Assembly (NCBI GenBank): GCA_039586075.1
Contig: JBDHLC010000011.1
Location: 20,517 to 84,516 of the forward strand
Reading direction: 5' to 3'
Origin: Gemmatimonadota bacterium
Lineage (GTDB): Bacteria > Gemmatimonadota > Gemmatimonadetes > Longimicrobiales > Gaopeijiaceae
Length of the DNA: 64,000 nucleotides
Shown: piece after piece, positions 56,485 to 64,000 of the stretch
Layout: each line of letters opens with the position of its first letter
How positions within the stretch are numbered: the first letter of the stretch is position 1
Notes under the pieces: model-generated
The model's database searches: none
What the model saw: only the letters and a program-made list of their open reading frames with translations
What the model was told of the DNA's origin: nothing
Position numbers and translations under genes: made by a program

Positions 56485-59025
56485 GTGGGTAGGGGTGGGA
56501 GTGGTGCGCCCGTCCCGGCTTCGGAGCGATCGGCGCCGGCGCCCGCGGTGGCCGTGGCGCTGCCGCTCCCCATCTACACGGAGTTCTCATACTCCGTCCG
56601 GGGTCCGGTTCCCGCCGTTGGCACGAGAGTCCTGGTGCCGTTCCAGCGCGGGGAGCGAATCGGGTGGGTGGTGGGACCCCACCGGGGTCCCCGACCGGGC
56701 CGGCTGAAGTCGGTTTTGGCGGTCCTGGAGGACGAGCCGTCCGCTCCGCCGGACCTCCTGCGCCTTGCCCGTTGGATGGCGGATTACTACGTGGCTCCCC
56801 TGGGAGTGGTGCTGGCCGCCGCTCTCCCGTCCGTCCTGGTGGACGTGTCGCGGGACGTGGTGACCCTCACGGCTCCTGTCCCAGAGGGGGTCCCGACCCG
56901 GGCGCGCCGCTTGGGTGAGGCCCTTCGCGATGCCGGGCGGCCCACCCGGGTCTCGACGCTGCGGAAGTCGCTGGGGATGGGGAGCATCTGGCCCGAGATC
57001 CGGCTTCTCGAGGCTGCCGGCGCCCTGCGGCACGAGACGGAGAAGCCCCGCGCCCCAAGTGTGCGGACCCGACGCTTCGTCGAAGTGATCCGGGAGCTGC
57101 CCAATCTGTCCCAGCGGGAAGAGGTCTTCGGTCGGGCCCACCGCCAGCGCGAGGCCTTCGAGTTCCTGGAGGCCGCAGGAGGGCAGATGGAGCTGGCTGC
57201 CGTCACCAGCCAGGGTGGGTTCTCCCGCTCGGTGGTGGTGGGCCTCGAGGAGAAGGGGCTGGTGGAGGTGGCGGACCGGGAGGAGATGCGGGATCCCTTC
57301 GCCGGGCTTCCCTCCGACCCGGGGGAGGTTCCACCCCTGACCCGGGCGCAACGGGCGGTGGTGGCAAGACTGATCCAGGCCGCTCGGGAAGGGGACGCTA
57401 CGCCGTTCCTGCTTCACGGGATCACCGGATCCGGCAAGACCCGCGTCTACATCGAGCTTCTCCGGTCCGTCCGGAATCAGGGGAAGGGGGCCATCGTGCT
57501 GGTTCCCGAGATCTCACTGACACCCCAGACCGTGAAGCGCTTCCGGGCGTGGTTCGGGGATCAGGTGGCGGTCCTCCATTCGGGCCTCTCGGATGGCGAG
57601 CGCTACGACGCGTGGCGGCAGCTGCGATCCGGAGAGAAGCGAATCGCGGTCGGCGCACGGTCCGCGCTCTTCGCGCCGGTGCAGAATCTCGGTGCCATCG
57701 TGGTGGACGAAGAGCACGACGGTTCCTACAAGCAGTCGGAGGCGCCACGCTATCACGCCCGGGATCTCGCGGTAATGCGGGCCAAGATCGCGTCGGCGGT
57801 CTGTGTGCTGGGCTCCGCCACACCCTCCCTGGAAAGCTGGGCCAATGCCGGCAAGGGGAAGTTCCACCTCCTCTCCCTCCCGGAACGGGTGGCGGGCGGT
57901 GCGCTTCCCCCCGTCGAGCTGATCGACCTCCGGACGGTGCGCCGGGAGGAGAAGCGACGGCGGGGCAAGGGCGGAGGCGCCGAGGTGGGGCAGGGGGCCG
58001 GGAGTGGACCCGGGCCCGCCGGGACCATTCTCTCATCGGGGCTGGTCGAGGCGGTGAACGAACGCCTGAGCAAGGCGGAACAGGTCATCCTGCTCCTGAA
58101 CCGTCGCGGATACGCCGCCTTCGTGCAGTGCCGGGAGTGCGGGGACGTGCGGCGGTGCGAGCACTGCGCTGTCTCTCTCACCTACCACCGGGCCACGGGG
58201 CGCGTGGTGTGCCACCACTGCCGCTACGAGGAGCCGGCACCGCGGCGATGCCCATCCTGCGGCTCCCAGGACCTGGACTACCGGGGACTGGGGACCGAGC
58301 AGGTGGAGCGGGTGGTGATGGAGACCTTTCCCGATGCCCGCATCGCGCGGATGGACGTGGACACCACGTCGGGGAAGTGGGCGCACCAGGAGATCCTGGG
58401 AAGGGTGGAGCGGGGCGAGGTCGACATCCTCCTGGGGACCCAGATGATCTCCAAGGGGCTGGACTTCCCGAGAGTCACGCTGGTCGGGGTCGTGAACGCC
58501 GACGTGGGGATCCACCTCCCGGACTTTCGGGCGGGAGAGCGCACCTTCCAGCTCCTCAGCCAGGTGGCGGGCCGGGCCGGCCGGGGCCACCTGGGGGGGC
58601 GTGTCCTCATCCAGACGTCCCTTCCGGACCACTACGTCCTGCAGGCGGTGCGGTCCCACGACTACCAGGGATTCGCGGCCCGGGAGCTCGAGGAGCGGCT
58701 GGATCCCCCGTATCCGCCCCACATGCGACTGGTGAACGTGGTGCTGAGCAGCCCCGACGACGGTGCCGCCGCGGACCAGGCGGAGGCGGCGGTGCGCTGG
58801 GTGGACGGCTGGATCCGGCGCAAGGGCCGGGGAAGCGTCGAGCGCGTCGGGCCGGCGCCGGCACCCATCGAGCGCCTCCATGCACGGTACCGCTGGCACT
58901 TCCTGCTCCGATCCTCCTCCTCGGCGGCGCTGAGCGCACTCTGCACCGATTTCATGCGGAGCTTCCAGGTCCGGGGGCAGGACGTACGGGTGGCCCTGGA
59001 CCGGGATCCGGTGGCCCTTCTGTGA
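56485..59025 (+). CDS. priA: primosomal replication protein N' (PriA helicase)
   Basis: 'VALPLPI...FSYSV' N-terminus, Walker A 'GITGSGKT', 'VVDEEHD', and the Cys-rich zinc region 'CRECGDVRRCEHCAVSLTYH...CHHC...CPSCGS'. The exact GTG start is uncertain. Confidence 0.9.
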   Translation: MGRGGSGAPVPASERSAPAPAVAVALPLPIYTEFSYSVRGPVPAVGTRVLVPFQRGERIGWVVGPHRGPRPGRLKSVLAVLEDEPSAPPDLLRLARWMADYYVAPLGVVLAAALPSVLVDVSRDVVTLTAPVPEGVPTRARRLGEALRDAGRPTRVSTLRKSLGMGSIWPEIRLLEAAGALRHETEKPRAPSVRTRRFVEVIRELPNLSQREEVFGRAHRQREAFEFLEAAGGQMELAAVTSQGGFSRSVVVGLEEKGLVEVADREEMRDPFAGLPSDPGEVPPLTRAQRAVVARLIQAAREGDATPFLLHGITGSGKTRVYIELLRSVRNQGKGAIVLVPEISLTPQTVKRFRAWFGDQVAVLHSGLSDGERYDAWRQLRSGEKRIAVGARSALFAPVQNLGAIVVDEEHDGSYKQSEAPRYHARDLAVMRAKIASAVCVLGSATPSLESWANAGKGKFHLLSLPERVAGGALPPVELIDLRTVRREEKRRRGKGGGAEVGQGAGSGPGPAGTILSSGLVEAVNERLSKAEQVILLLNRRGYAAFVQCRECGDVRRCEHCAVSLTYHRATGRVVCHHCRYEEPAPRRCPSCGSQDLDYRGLGTEQVERVVMETFPDARIARMDVDTTSGKWAHQEILGRVERGEVDILLGTQMISKGLDFPRVTLVGVVNADVGIHLPDFRAGERTFQLLSQVAGRAGRGHLGGRVLIQTSLPDHYVLQAVRSHDYQGFAARELEERLDPPYPPHMRLVNVVLSSPDDGAAADQAEAAVRWVDGWIRRKGRGSVERVGPAPAPIERLHARYRWHFLLRSSSSAALSALCTDFMRSFQVRGQDVRVALDRDPVALL

Positions 59026-59196
59026 GGCGCGGGCCGGTCATCCAGCCGGGCTAGGGGCGCGGTACACCAGATGTACTCCGCCGTCGCGTCACGAGTCCCG
59101 CATGTGGTGTGAATCATACCGCTACGGGGATTGCCGCCGCGTTGGGGGCGGTTTAGAGTGAGGCAACCCCAACGGGATGCACGGCAGGAGGAGTCC

Positions 59197-59745
59197 ATGG
59201 GGTGTCTTGCCCTGAACGCCTCGTACGAGCCGCTGACCCTGGTTCCCACCCGGCGCGCCATCCGTCTGGTCCTGGACCGGAAGGCGGAGATCCTGGAGGT
59301 GGACGGTGACCGCGAGTACCGCTCCGAAGCCATCTCGGTCCCGGCCCCCACCGTCATTCGGCTCGTGCGTTTCATCCACGTCCCCAGGCGTTTCCGGAGG
59401 CAGGTGACCAACACCTTCCTCTTCGCCCGGGACAACTACTCCTGCGTCTACTGCGGGCGGCACCGCAGCACGCTGCGAGGTCGGCAGTTCCTGACCCGGG
59501 ATCACGTCGTCCCCACCTCCCGGGGGGGAACCAACTCCTGGGACAACGTGGTTACGGCGTGCTCCCCTTGTAACAACCGGAAGGGAAACCGGCTCCCCGC
59601 GGAGGCCGGAATGCGCCTGATGGAGAAGCCCGGTGAGCCCAACTACGTGCATCTCGTCTGGGCGGTGCGGCGCGTGACTCCGATCCAGGCCAAGTGGATC
59701 CGGATGTTCTACGGAGAGGAGGCGCTGGACCTCATCTCGGGGTAG
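59197..59745 (+). CDS. HNH endonuclease family protein
   Basis: ATG at 59197 after AGGAGGAG. The pattern is 'CVYCG...LTRDHVVPTSRGG.NSWDNVVTACSPCNNRKGN'. The product is 182 aa. Confidence 0.85.
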   Translation: MGCLALNASYEPLTLVPTRRAIRLVLDRKAEILEVDGDREYRSEAISVPAPTVIRLVRFIHVPRRFRRQVTNTFLFARDNYSCVYCGRHRSTLRGRQFLTRDHVVPTSRGGTNSWDNVVTACSPCNNRKGNRLPAEAGMRLMEKPGEPNYVHLVWAVRRVTPIQAKWIRMFYGEEALDLISG

Positions 59746-59801
59746 CCGAGCGCGCTTTCGAGCCGTCGGTGCGGGATGGCAGGTGGGAGGGCGGGCCCGC
59801 C

Positions 59802-60266
59802 TCAGTCATCCAGCCAGGCATAGGGCCGTTCGTAGAACTGGCCGTAACCCCGAATGCGCCCGTCGTCCGTGTACTCCTTCCAAAGGATCATCCATCCCCG
59901 AACCGCGTCCTGGACCACCTCGTAGGAGAATCCCGGGCTGTCCTTCCGCTCCGCCAGGAAGCGCGCGAGTCGCCCGGGGAGGTTCTCCACGCCCTCCACC
60001 TCCACCTCTTCGCCCTTGGACTCCAGCGCCTGGTGAGCCTCCGACTCGGCGAGCTGGAGTGCCCGGAGAGCCTCCTCGATAGCGGAGGTCACATCACCGA
60101 GAGAGGTCTCGGGACCCGTGCCCACGCGTCGCCGCATCTCCCGGAGCAGCTTGTTGGTGCCGGGAGCGTCGAGATCGTCCCGGATGCGCTGAAGCTGTTG
60201 TCGGAGACGGTCGTGGAGCCTCAGGAGTTGAGCGTACTCCCGACGGGCTTCCAGGGGTTCTTCCAC
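59802..60266 (-). CDS. hypothetical protein (154 aa)
   Basis: GTG start with GGAG 12 nt upstream. The N-terminal half is helical and charged, and the C-terminus is 'WMILWKEYTDDGRIRGYGQFYERPYAWLDD'. It is the last gene of a same-strand trio. Confidence 0.55.
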   Translation of the reverse strand: MEEPLEARREYAQLLRLHDRLRQQLQRIRDDLDAPGTNKLLREMRRRVGTGPETSLGDVTSAIEEALRALQLAESEAHQALESKGEEVEVEGVENLPGRLARFLAERKDSPGFSYEVVQDAVRGWMILWKEYTDDGRIRGYGQFYERPYAWLDD

Positions 60267-60372
60267 GCGAGCGTCGACTCCTTTTCCTTTGCGGGGGTTC
60301 GGGCCGCGGCGAGGCCCTCGAACCTGATTTCCAAGTAACCAACTTGCCCGGGCGGCGGCAACTACGGCCGCG

Positions 60373-60591
60373 TCAGCCCTGCTCGCCGCCCGCCTCGGCG
60401 TCTTCGTCCTTCTGGAAGGTTACCCGGACCTCCCACGCGAACAGCATGCGTCGGAGCTCATCCAACAGCGTCAGGATGTCAGCGGTCCGATGGAGTACTT
60501 CCCCCTTCTCCTCCATCCGCTGGAGGATGCGAGCGAAGCGTGCGACTTCCGACCGGAGCCGGTAGTCGGAGATCCCATCGTATCGACCCAT
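60373..60591 (-). CDS. hypothetical small protein (72 aa)
   Basis: ATG ORF starting 6 nt after the stop of the acyl-CoA synthetase gene. It has helical, charged composition and GC-rich third positions. Confidence 0.5.
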   Translation of the reverse strand: MGRYDGISDYRLRSEVARFARILQRMEEKGEVLHRTADILTLLDELRRMLFAWEVRVTFQKDEDAEAGGEQG

Positions 60592-60597
60592 CGGCCG

Positions 60598-62706
60598 TCA
60601 GTCCGAGCCCGGGCGGATTCGGATCCGGGCGTCCGCCGCCACACCGCCCTGTGGGAAGGCAAGAAACGGGTTGATGTCCAGCTCACTGATTCGCACGTGC
60701 TCCCCGACCAGTTGGGAGACCCGCTGGAGCGTCTCCACCAGGGTGTCCCGATCCACCGCCGGCTCCCCGCGGACCTGGTCCAGGAGCTTGCGGCCGCGAA
60801 TGCCGTCCACCATCTCGCGGGCATCCTGCTCCGACACGGGTTGGATGCGGAAGGAGACATCTTTCAGGGCCTCCACGTAGATCCCCCCGAGGCCGAACAT
60901 GATCACCGGGCCGAATCCGGGGTCCAGGCTCATTCCCATGATGGTCTCCCGGCCGCGCTCCAGGAACCGGGTCACCAGCACGCCCCGGAGTTCGGCATCG
61001 GGCTGGGCCTGCCGTACGGACGACAGAATCCCCCGGTAGGCGTCCCGGACTTCGCCCTCGTCCCGCAGGTTCACCCTCACCCCTCCTACGTCGCTCTTAT
61101 GCACCACCTGCGGGCTCACCACCTTCAGGACGACCGGCCCACCCATGGCGCGCGCCGCTTCGACGGCCTCCTTTTCGTCATGCACCCATCGGTGCTCCAC
61201 CACCGGGATGCCGTACGCGGCGAGGACGTCAAGCCCCTGCGGCTCCAGGAGGCCAAGGCGACCCTCCTTCTGGGCTCCGTCCAGGATCCGGTTGACCGTG
61301 TCTCGATCCAAGACGGTGGGTTCGGGCACGGGCCGGTCCAGCCACTGGCGGTAGCGATAGAGGGCCCAGAGGGCGCGGGCCGCCGACTCCGGGAAGATGT
61401 AGGCGGGGACTCCCGCTTCATGGAGCTCGGCCTTGCCCTCCGGGAGCCCCTCGCGCCCCATGAGGACGGCCAGGAGGGGCTTCTCGGGGTGCCGGTCACG
61501 CGCCATGACGATGCTCTGGGCCACGTCCACCTGGCGGATCCCCAGAGGAGGAACGAAGGCCGCCACCGCCGCGTCCACGTTCTCGTCCTCCATGACGATC
61601 TCCAGGGCGAGCTCATACGTCTCTGAGGTGGCGGACGCGATCATGTCCACGGGGTTCCTCACCGAGGCCTCGGCCGGAAGCACCGACCGCAGTCGTTCCT
61701 GAGACGAGTCGGTGAGCTCCGCGACCTCCAGCCCCAGTGATTCCACCGCATCGGCGATGATGATGCCCGGGCCGCCGGCGTTCGTGACGATGGCCACTCG
61801 GGGCCCCCGGGGGACCGGCTGCTCCTCCAACGCCATGGCCATGTCGAAGAGCTCCTCCACCGACTGGGCCCGTAGGACACCGCACTGGGCCAGGAGGGCG
61901 TCGGCGGCGATGTCCGCGCCCGCCAGCGCGCCCGTATGGGAGGACGCGGCCCTGGCCCCAGCCCCGGTACGGCCCGCCTTCACCACGACGATGGGCTTCT
62001 TGCGCGTGACTCGACGGGCGATCCGCGTGAAGCGCCGGGGATTCCCGAAGTTCTCGATGTACATGAGGATCACCCGGGTGTCGGGGTCGTCCTCCCAGTA
62101 CTCGATGAGGTCGTTGCCGGAGACGTCGGGCTTGTTTCCCACGGACACGAAGTGGTGGATGCCAATGCCGTATTCGGCCGCGTAGTCCAGGATGGTCACA
62201 CCCAGGGCTCCCGACTGGCTCATGAAGCTCAACGGGCCCGGCGGCGGCATGTTTGGCGCGAAGGTGGCGTTCATGGAGACCGCCGCCTCCGTGTTCAGGA
62301 TCCCCATGCAGTTCGGGCCCACCAGTCGCATCCCGTGGCGTCGAACCCGCTCCAGGAGGTCGCGCTCCCGCGCTACGCCTTCTCCCCCCACCTCCTTGAA
62401 ACCCGCGGAGATCACCACCAGGCTCTTCACCCCTTTTTCACCGCACTCGTCCACGACCGCGGCGACGTGCTCCTTGGGAACCACCACCACGGCAAGATCC
62501 ACCGGTTCCGGGATGGCCGTGACGCTGGGATAGGCTCGGATGGAGTGGACCGCCGTAGCCTTGGGATTGACCGGGTAGACCACGCCCTGGTAGCCGTGGC
62601 GGAGGATGTTCTCCAGGATCTGGTACCCGATGGTCCCGGGCCGCCGAGAGGTCCCTACGACGGCGATGGAGCGGGGCCGGAACAGCGGGTCGAGCGAGTT
62701 GGCCAT
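60598..62706 (-). CDS. ADP-forming acetyl/acyl-CoA synthetase (fused CoA-binding/succinyl-CoA-ligase-like and ATP-grasp domains)
   Basis: 702 aa. 'PRSIAVVGTSRRPGTIGY', 'VYPVNPK', 'VVISAGFKE', 'RLVGPNCMG', 'SQSGALG' and a C-terminal ATP-grasp domain ('VVLKVVSPQVVHKSDVGGV') are present. Confidence 0.9.
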   Translation of the reverse strand: MANSLDPLFRPRSIAVVGTSRRPGTIGYQILENILRHGYQGVVYPVNPKATAVHSIRAYPSVTAIPEPVDLAVVVVPKEHVAAVVDECGEKGVKSLVVISAGFKEVGGEGVARERDLLERVRRHGMRLVGPNCMGILNTEAAVSMNATFAPNMPPPGPLSFMSQSGALGVTILDYAAEYGIGIHHFVSVGNKPDVSGNDLIEYWEDDPDTRVILMYIENFGNPRRFTRIARRVTRKKPIVVVKAGRTGAGARAASSHTGALAGADIAADALLAQCGVLRAQSVEELFDMAMALEEQPVPRGPRVAIVTNAGGPGIIIADAVESLGLEVAELTDSSQERLRSVLPAEASVRNPVDMIASATSETYELALEIVMEDENVDAAVAAFVPPLGIRQVDVAQSIVMARDRHPEKPLLAVLMGREGLPEGKAELHEAGVPAYIFPESAARALWALYRYRQWLDRPVPEPTVLDRDTVNRILDGAQKEGRLGLLEPQGLDVLAAYGIPVVEHRWVHDEKEAVEAARAMGGPVVLKVVSPQVVHKSDVGGVRVNLRDEGEVRDAYRGILSSVRQAQPDAELRGVLVTRFLERGRETIMGMSLDPGFGPVIMFGLGGIYVEALKDVSFRIQPVSEQDAREMVDGIRGRKLLDQVRGEPAVDRDTLVETLQRVSQLVGEHVRISELDINPFLAFPQGGVAADARIRIRPGSD

Positions 62707-62865
62707 GGTGCCAAGCTACCCAAACCGAGAGGGCCTCTCCATGCCCCGGGAGCCCCTCGAGGAGCCGACCGACCGAGGGTTCCTCCCACTTGCCCGACGG
62801 CGTGGGCCTCGACACCCTCAAGGGTAGGTATCCCTCGCACCCACTCCCCATTGCCTGGAGCGCCG

Positions 62866-63333
62866 GTGGACGACCGTGACGGAACCAGCGACCGACCGCC
62901 GACCCCGCCTCCCGCGGCGGCCTCCGCCGGAAAGCCGACCCCGGTTCGAGTCACTCTGGGGGATGCCGGGGCGGGGGAAGCATCCCTGCGGTTCCAGGGG
63001 CGCTCCGTGCAGGTGGGGGACGAGGAGTGGTGGGCCCAGGAGCTGGGATGGGCCGCCACTGGGAAGCGGGAGGACCGAGGAGCTCTCCTGCTCTTGGTGG
63101 GTTTCCGTCCGGTCACCCGTCCGGATGGCCCTTTCGAGCGGGAGGTGCTTCTTCCGGCGGGGTCGCTGGATGCGATCTCGGACGAGGCGTTGGCGTCCGC
63201 CCTGGCCGGCGCCTCCCCCTTCCGGGAGATCCCCGACGAGCCCAAGCCTTTCTTCGGGCCTCGGGGCAAGCGACGGAGCGGGGGGCGGAGCCCCGGGCCC
63301 CGCGGGAAGGGAAGAGGCCGCCGGGGCAGCTGA
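62866..63333 (+). CDS. hypothetical protein with Arg/Gly-rich basic C-terminal tail
   Basis: GTG at 62866, 5 nt after GGAG, in the frame of ORF 61936..63333; the upstream part of that ORF is antisense to the synthetase gene. The core is protein-like ('VQVGDEEWWAQELGWAATGK...LLLLVGFRPV') and the tail is 'KRRSGGRSPGPRGKGRGRRGS'. Confidence 0.5.
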   Translation: MDDRDGTSDRPPTPPPAAASAGKPTPVRVTLGDAGAGEASLRFQGRSVQVGDEEWWAQELGWAATGKREDRGALLLLVGFRPVTRPDGPFEREVLLPAGSLDAISDEALASALAGASPFREIPDEPKPFFGPRGKRRSGGRSPGPRGKGRGRRGS

Positions 63334-63486
63334 CCCGCCGGCCGGTCGCAGCAACCGCTCGCCCTGGTATCCGTGTCGATGCGACACGCCCGAGTGTCCT
63401 CTCCGTAGAACACCCCGGGGTGCCCCGCCCGTCCGCGGGGCCGTAGAAACGCCTGTTTTCGCCCCCATACGAATCGGCCTGCGTTC

Positions 63487-63501
63487 TGGCATGACTCCTG
63501 C
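63487..63501 (+). promoter_or_regulatory. sigma54-like -24/-12 element
   Basis: TGGCATGactcCTGC compared with the consensus TGGCACG-N4-TTGC. The GG/GC spacing is correct and there are two mismatches. It lies 78 nt upstream of the ATG at 63579. Confidence 0.25.
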
Positions 63502-63578
63502 CCTTCGAACCACTGATCAACGGTTTAATCGACAGGGCGGTCCACGGGTCGCCCTTTTTGGAGGGGCTGGAGAAGCCA

Positions 63579-63769
63579 TGAGCGGATCGAAGACGACGGG
63601 CGGTGAGAATCAGCGGAGGAGCCCTTGCGAGGGACTACTCCCGGGGATCGTGATCCATGGAAGGGAGGACGGCGTGCAGGCTCCACCCCTGATCCAGGCG
63701 TTCATCTGGGGCGGCAAGGTCCCGCCCACGCCGACGCTCCCCTACGGCCGGTTCAAGGGCGCTGCGTGA
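63579..63769 (+). CDS. hypothetical small protein (63 aa)
   Basis: ATG preceded by GGAGGGGCTGGAGAAGCC. Third positions are GC-rich. A hairpin plus T5 terminator follows 45 nt downstream. No motif was recognised. Confidence 0.35.
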
Positions 63770-63813
63770 CGCAGTGACACCGGTGTCCGGCGCTCCGGCG
63801 CCGGGAAGGGATG

Positions 63814-63850
63814 CGGGCGCTTCCGGAGAGTTCTGGCGGCGCCCGTTTTT
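63814..63850 (+). terminator. intrinsic terminator (GC stem + T5)
   Basis: CGGGCGC-(18 nt, partly self-paired)-GCGCCCG followed by TTTTT. It is preceded by a second hairpin CCGGCGC-tccg-GCGCCGG at 63787..63804. Confidence 0.55.
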
Positions 63851-64000
63851 CGTTTCCCCACGTCCTCTCCCCTCGATCCATGAGAGAGTGGGCCACGGTC
63901 CACACCGGGTTTAACGACTCCGCCTCTGCGGGCATCCAACGGGTGTAACGGCAAACCCAACGGGTCGTTGGACCCTGAAGGAGGTGGAACATGAGGACGC

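Noticed and set aside
59162-59176. 15-mer GGCAACCCCAACGGG upstream of the HNH gene, resembling GGCAAACCCAACGGG at 63950..63964 upstream of the last gene (plus GGTTTA motifs nearby)
   Set aside because: A 14/15 match between two arbitrary positions is expected many times by chance in a 64-kb two-strand comparison. The spacing to the start codons also differs, so I do not treat it as a shared regulatory site.
61936-62865. 5' part of ORF 61936..63333
   Set aside because: It is antisense to the acyl-CoA synthetase gene. Only the portion after the GGAG-GTG at 62866 looks protein-like.

Overview
This is a high-GC, densely packed bacterial chromosomal window with about 47 protein-coding genes, short intergenic gaps and several 4-nt start/stop overlaps. 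All calls come from reading the ORF translations and the DNA by eye. No database search was run, so family names are motif or architecture recognitions.

Most of the content is core metabolism and envelope proteins:
- Housekeeping genes: glyQS, carB, cysK, nth, priA, an NfuA-type Fe-S carrier and a PA0069-type radical SAM protein.
- Enzymes: an HDAC-family deacetylase, M24 and M6 peptidases, an ADP-forming acyl-CoA synthetase, two SAM methyltransferases and two group II PLP decarboxylases.
- Transporters: an NSS transporter and a YfcC transporter.
- Envelope proteins: a DUF481-type outer-membrane protein and several large secreted proteins or lipoproteins.

Three gene pairs or genes suggest an Acidobacteriota/Gemmatimonadota-like genome (inference only): a PadR regulator with an orphan duplicated FtsX permease, an ECF sigma factor coupled to a Ser/Thr kinase-TPR protein, and a TolB-like/TPR protein.

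I found no rRNA, tRNA, CRISPR array, transposase, integrase, prophage or recognisable defence genes. The many long ORFs antisense to real genes are Arg/Pro/Gly-rich high-GC artefacts.

No unambiguous novel system is visible. The best leads are:
1. A single-domain globin divergent from the ECF sigma/kinase pair.
2. A tandem pair of uncharacterised GYF-like membrane paralogs.
3. A Rieske-GltS(FMN) fusion enzyme.
4. A 36-codon transmembrane micro-ORF abutting carB.
5. A structured, gene-poor terminal region (63.3-64.0 kb) with a sigma54-like promoter, a small ORF and a terminator.
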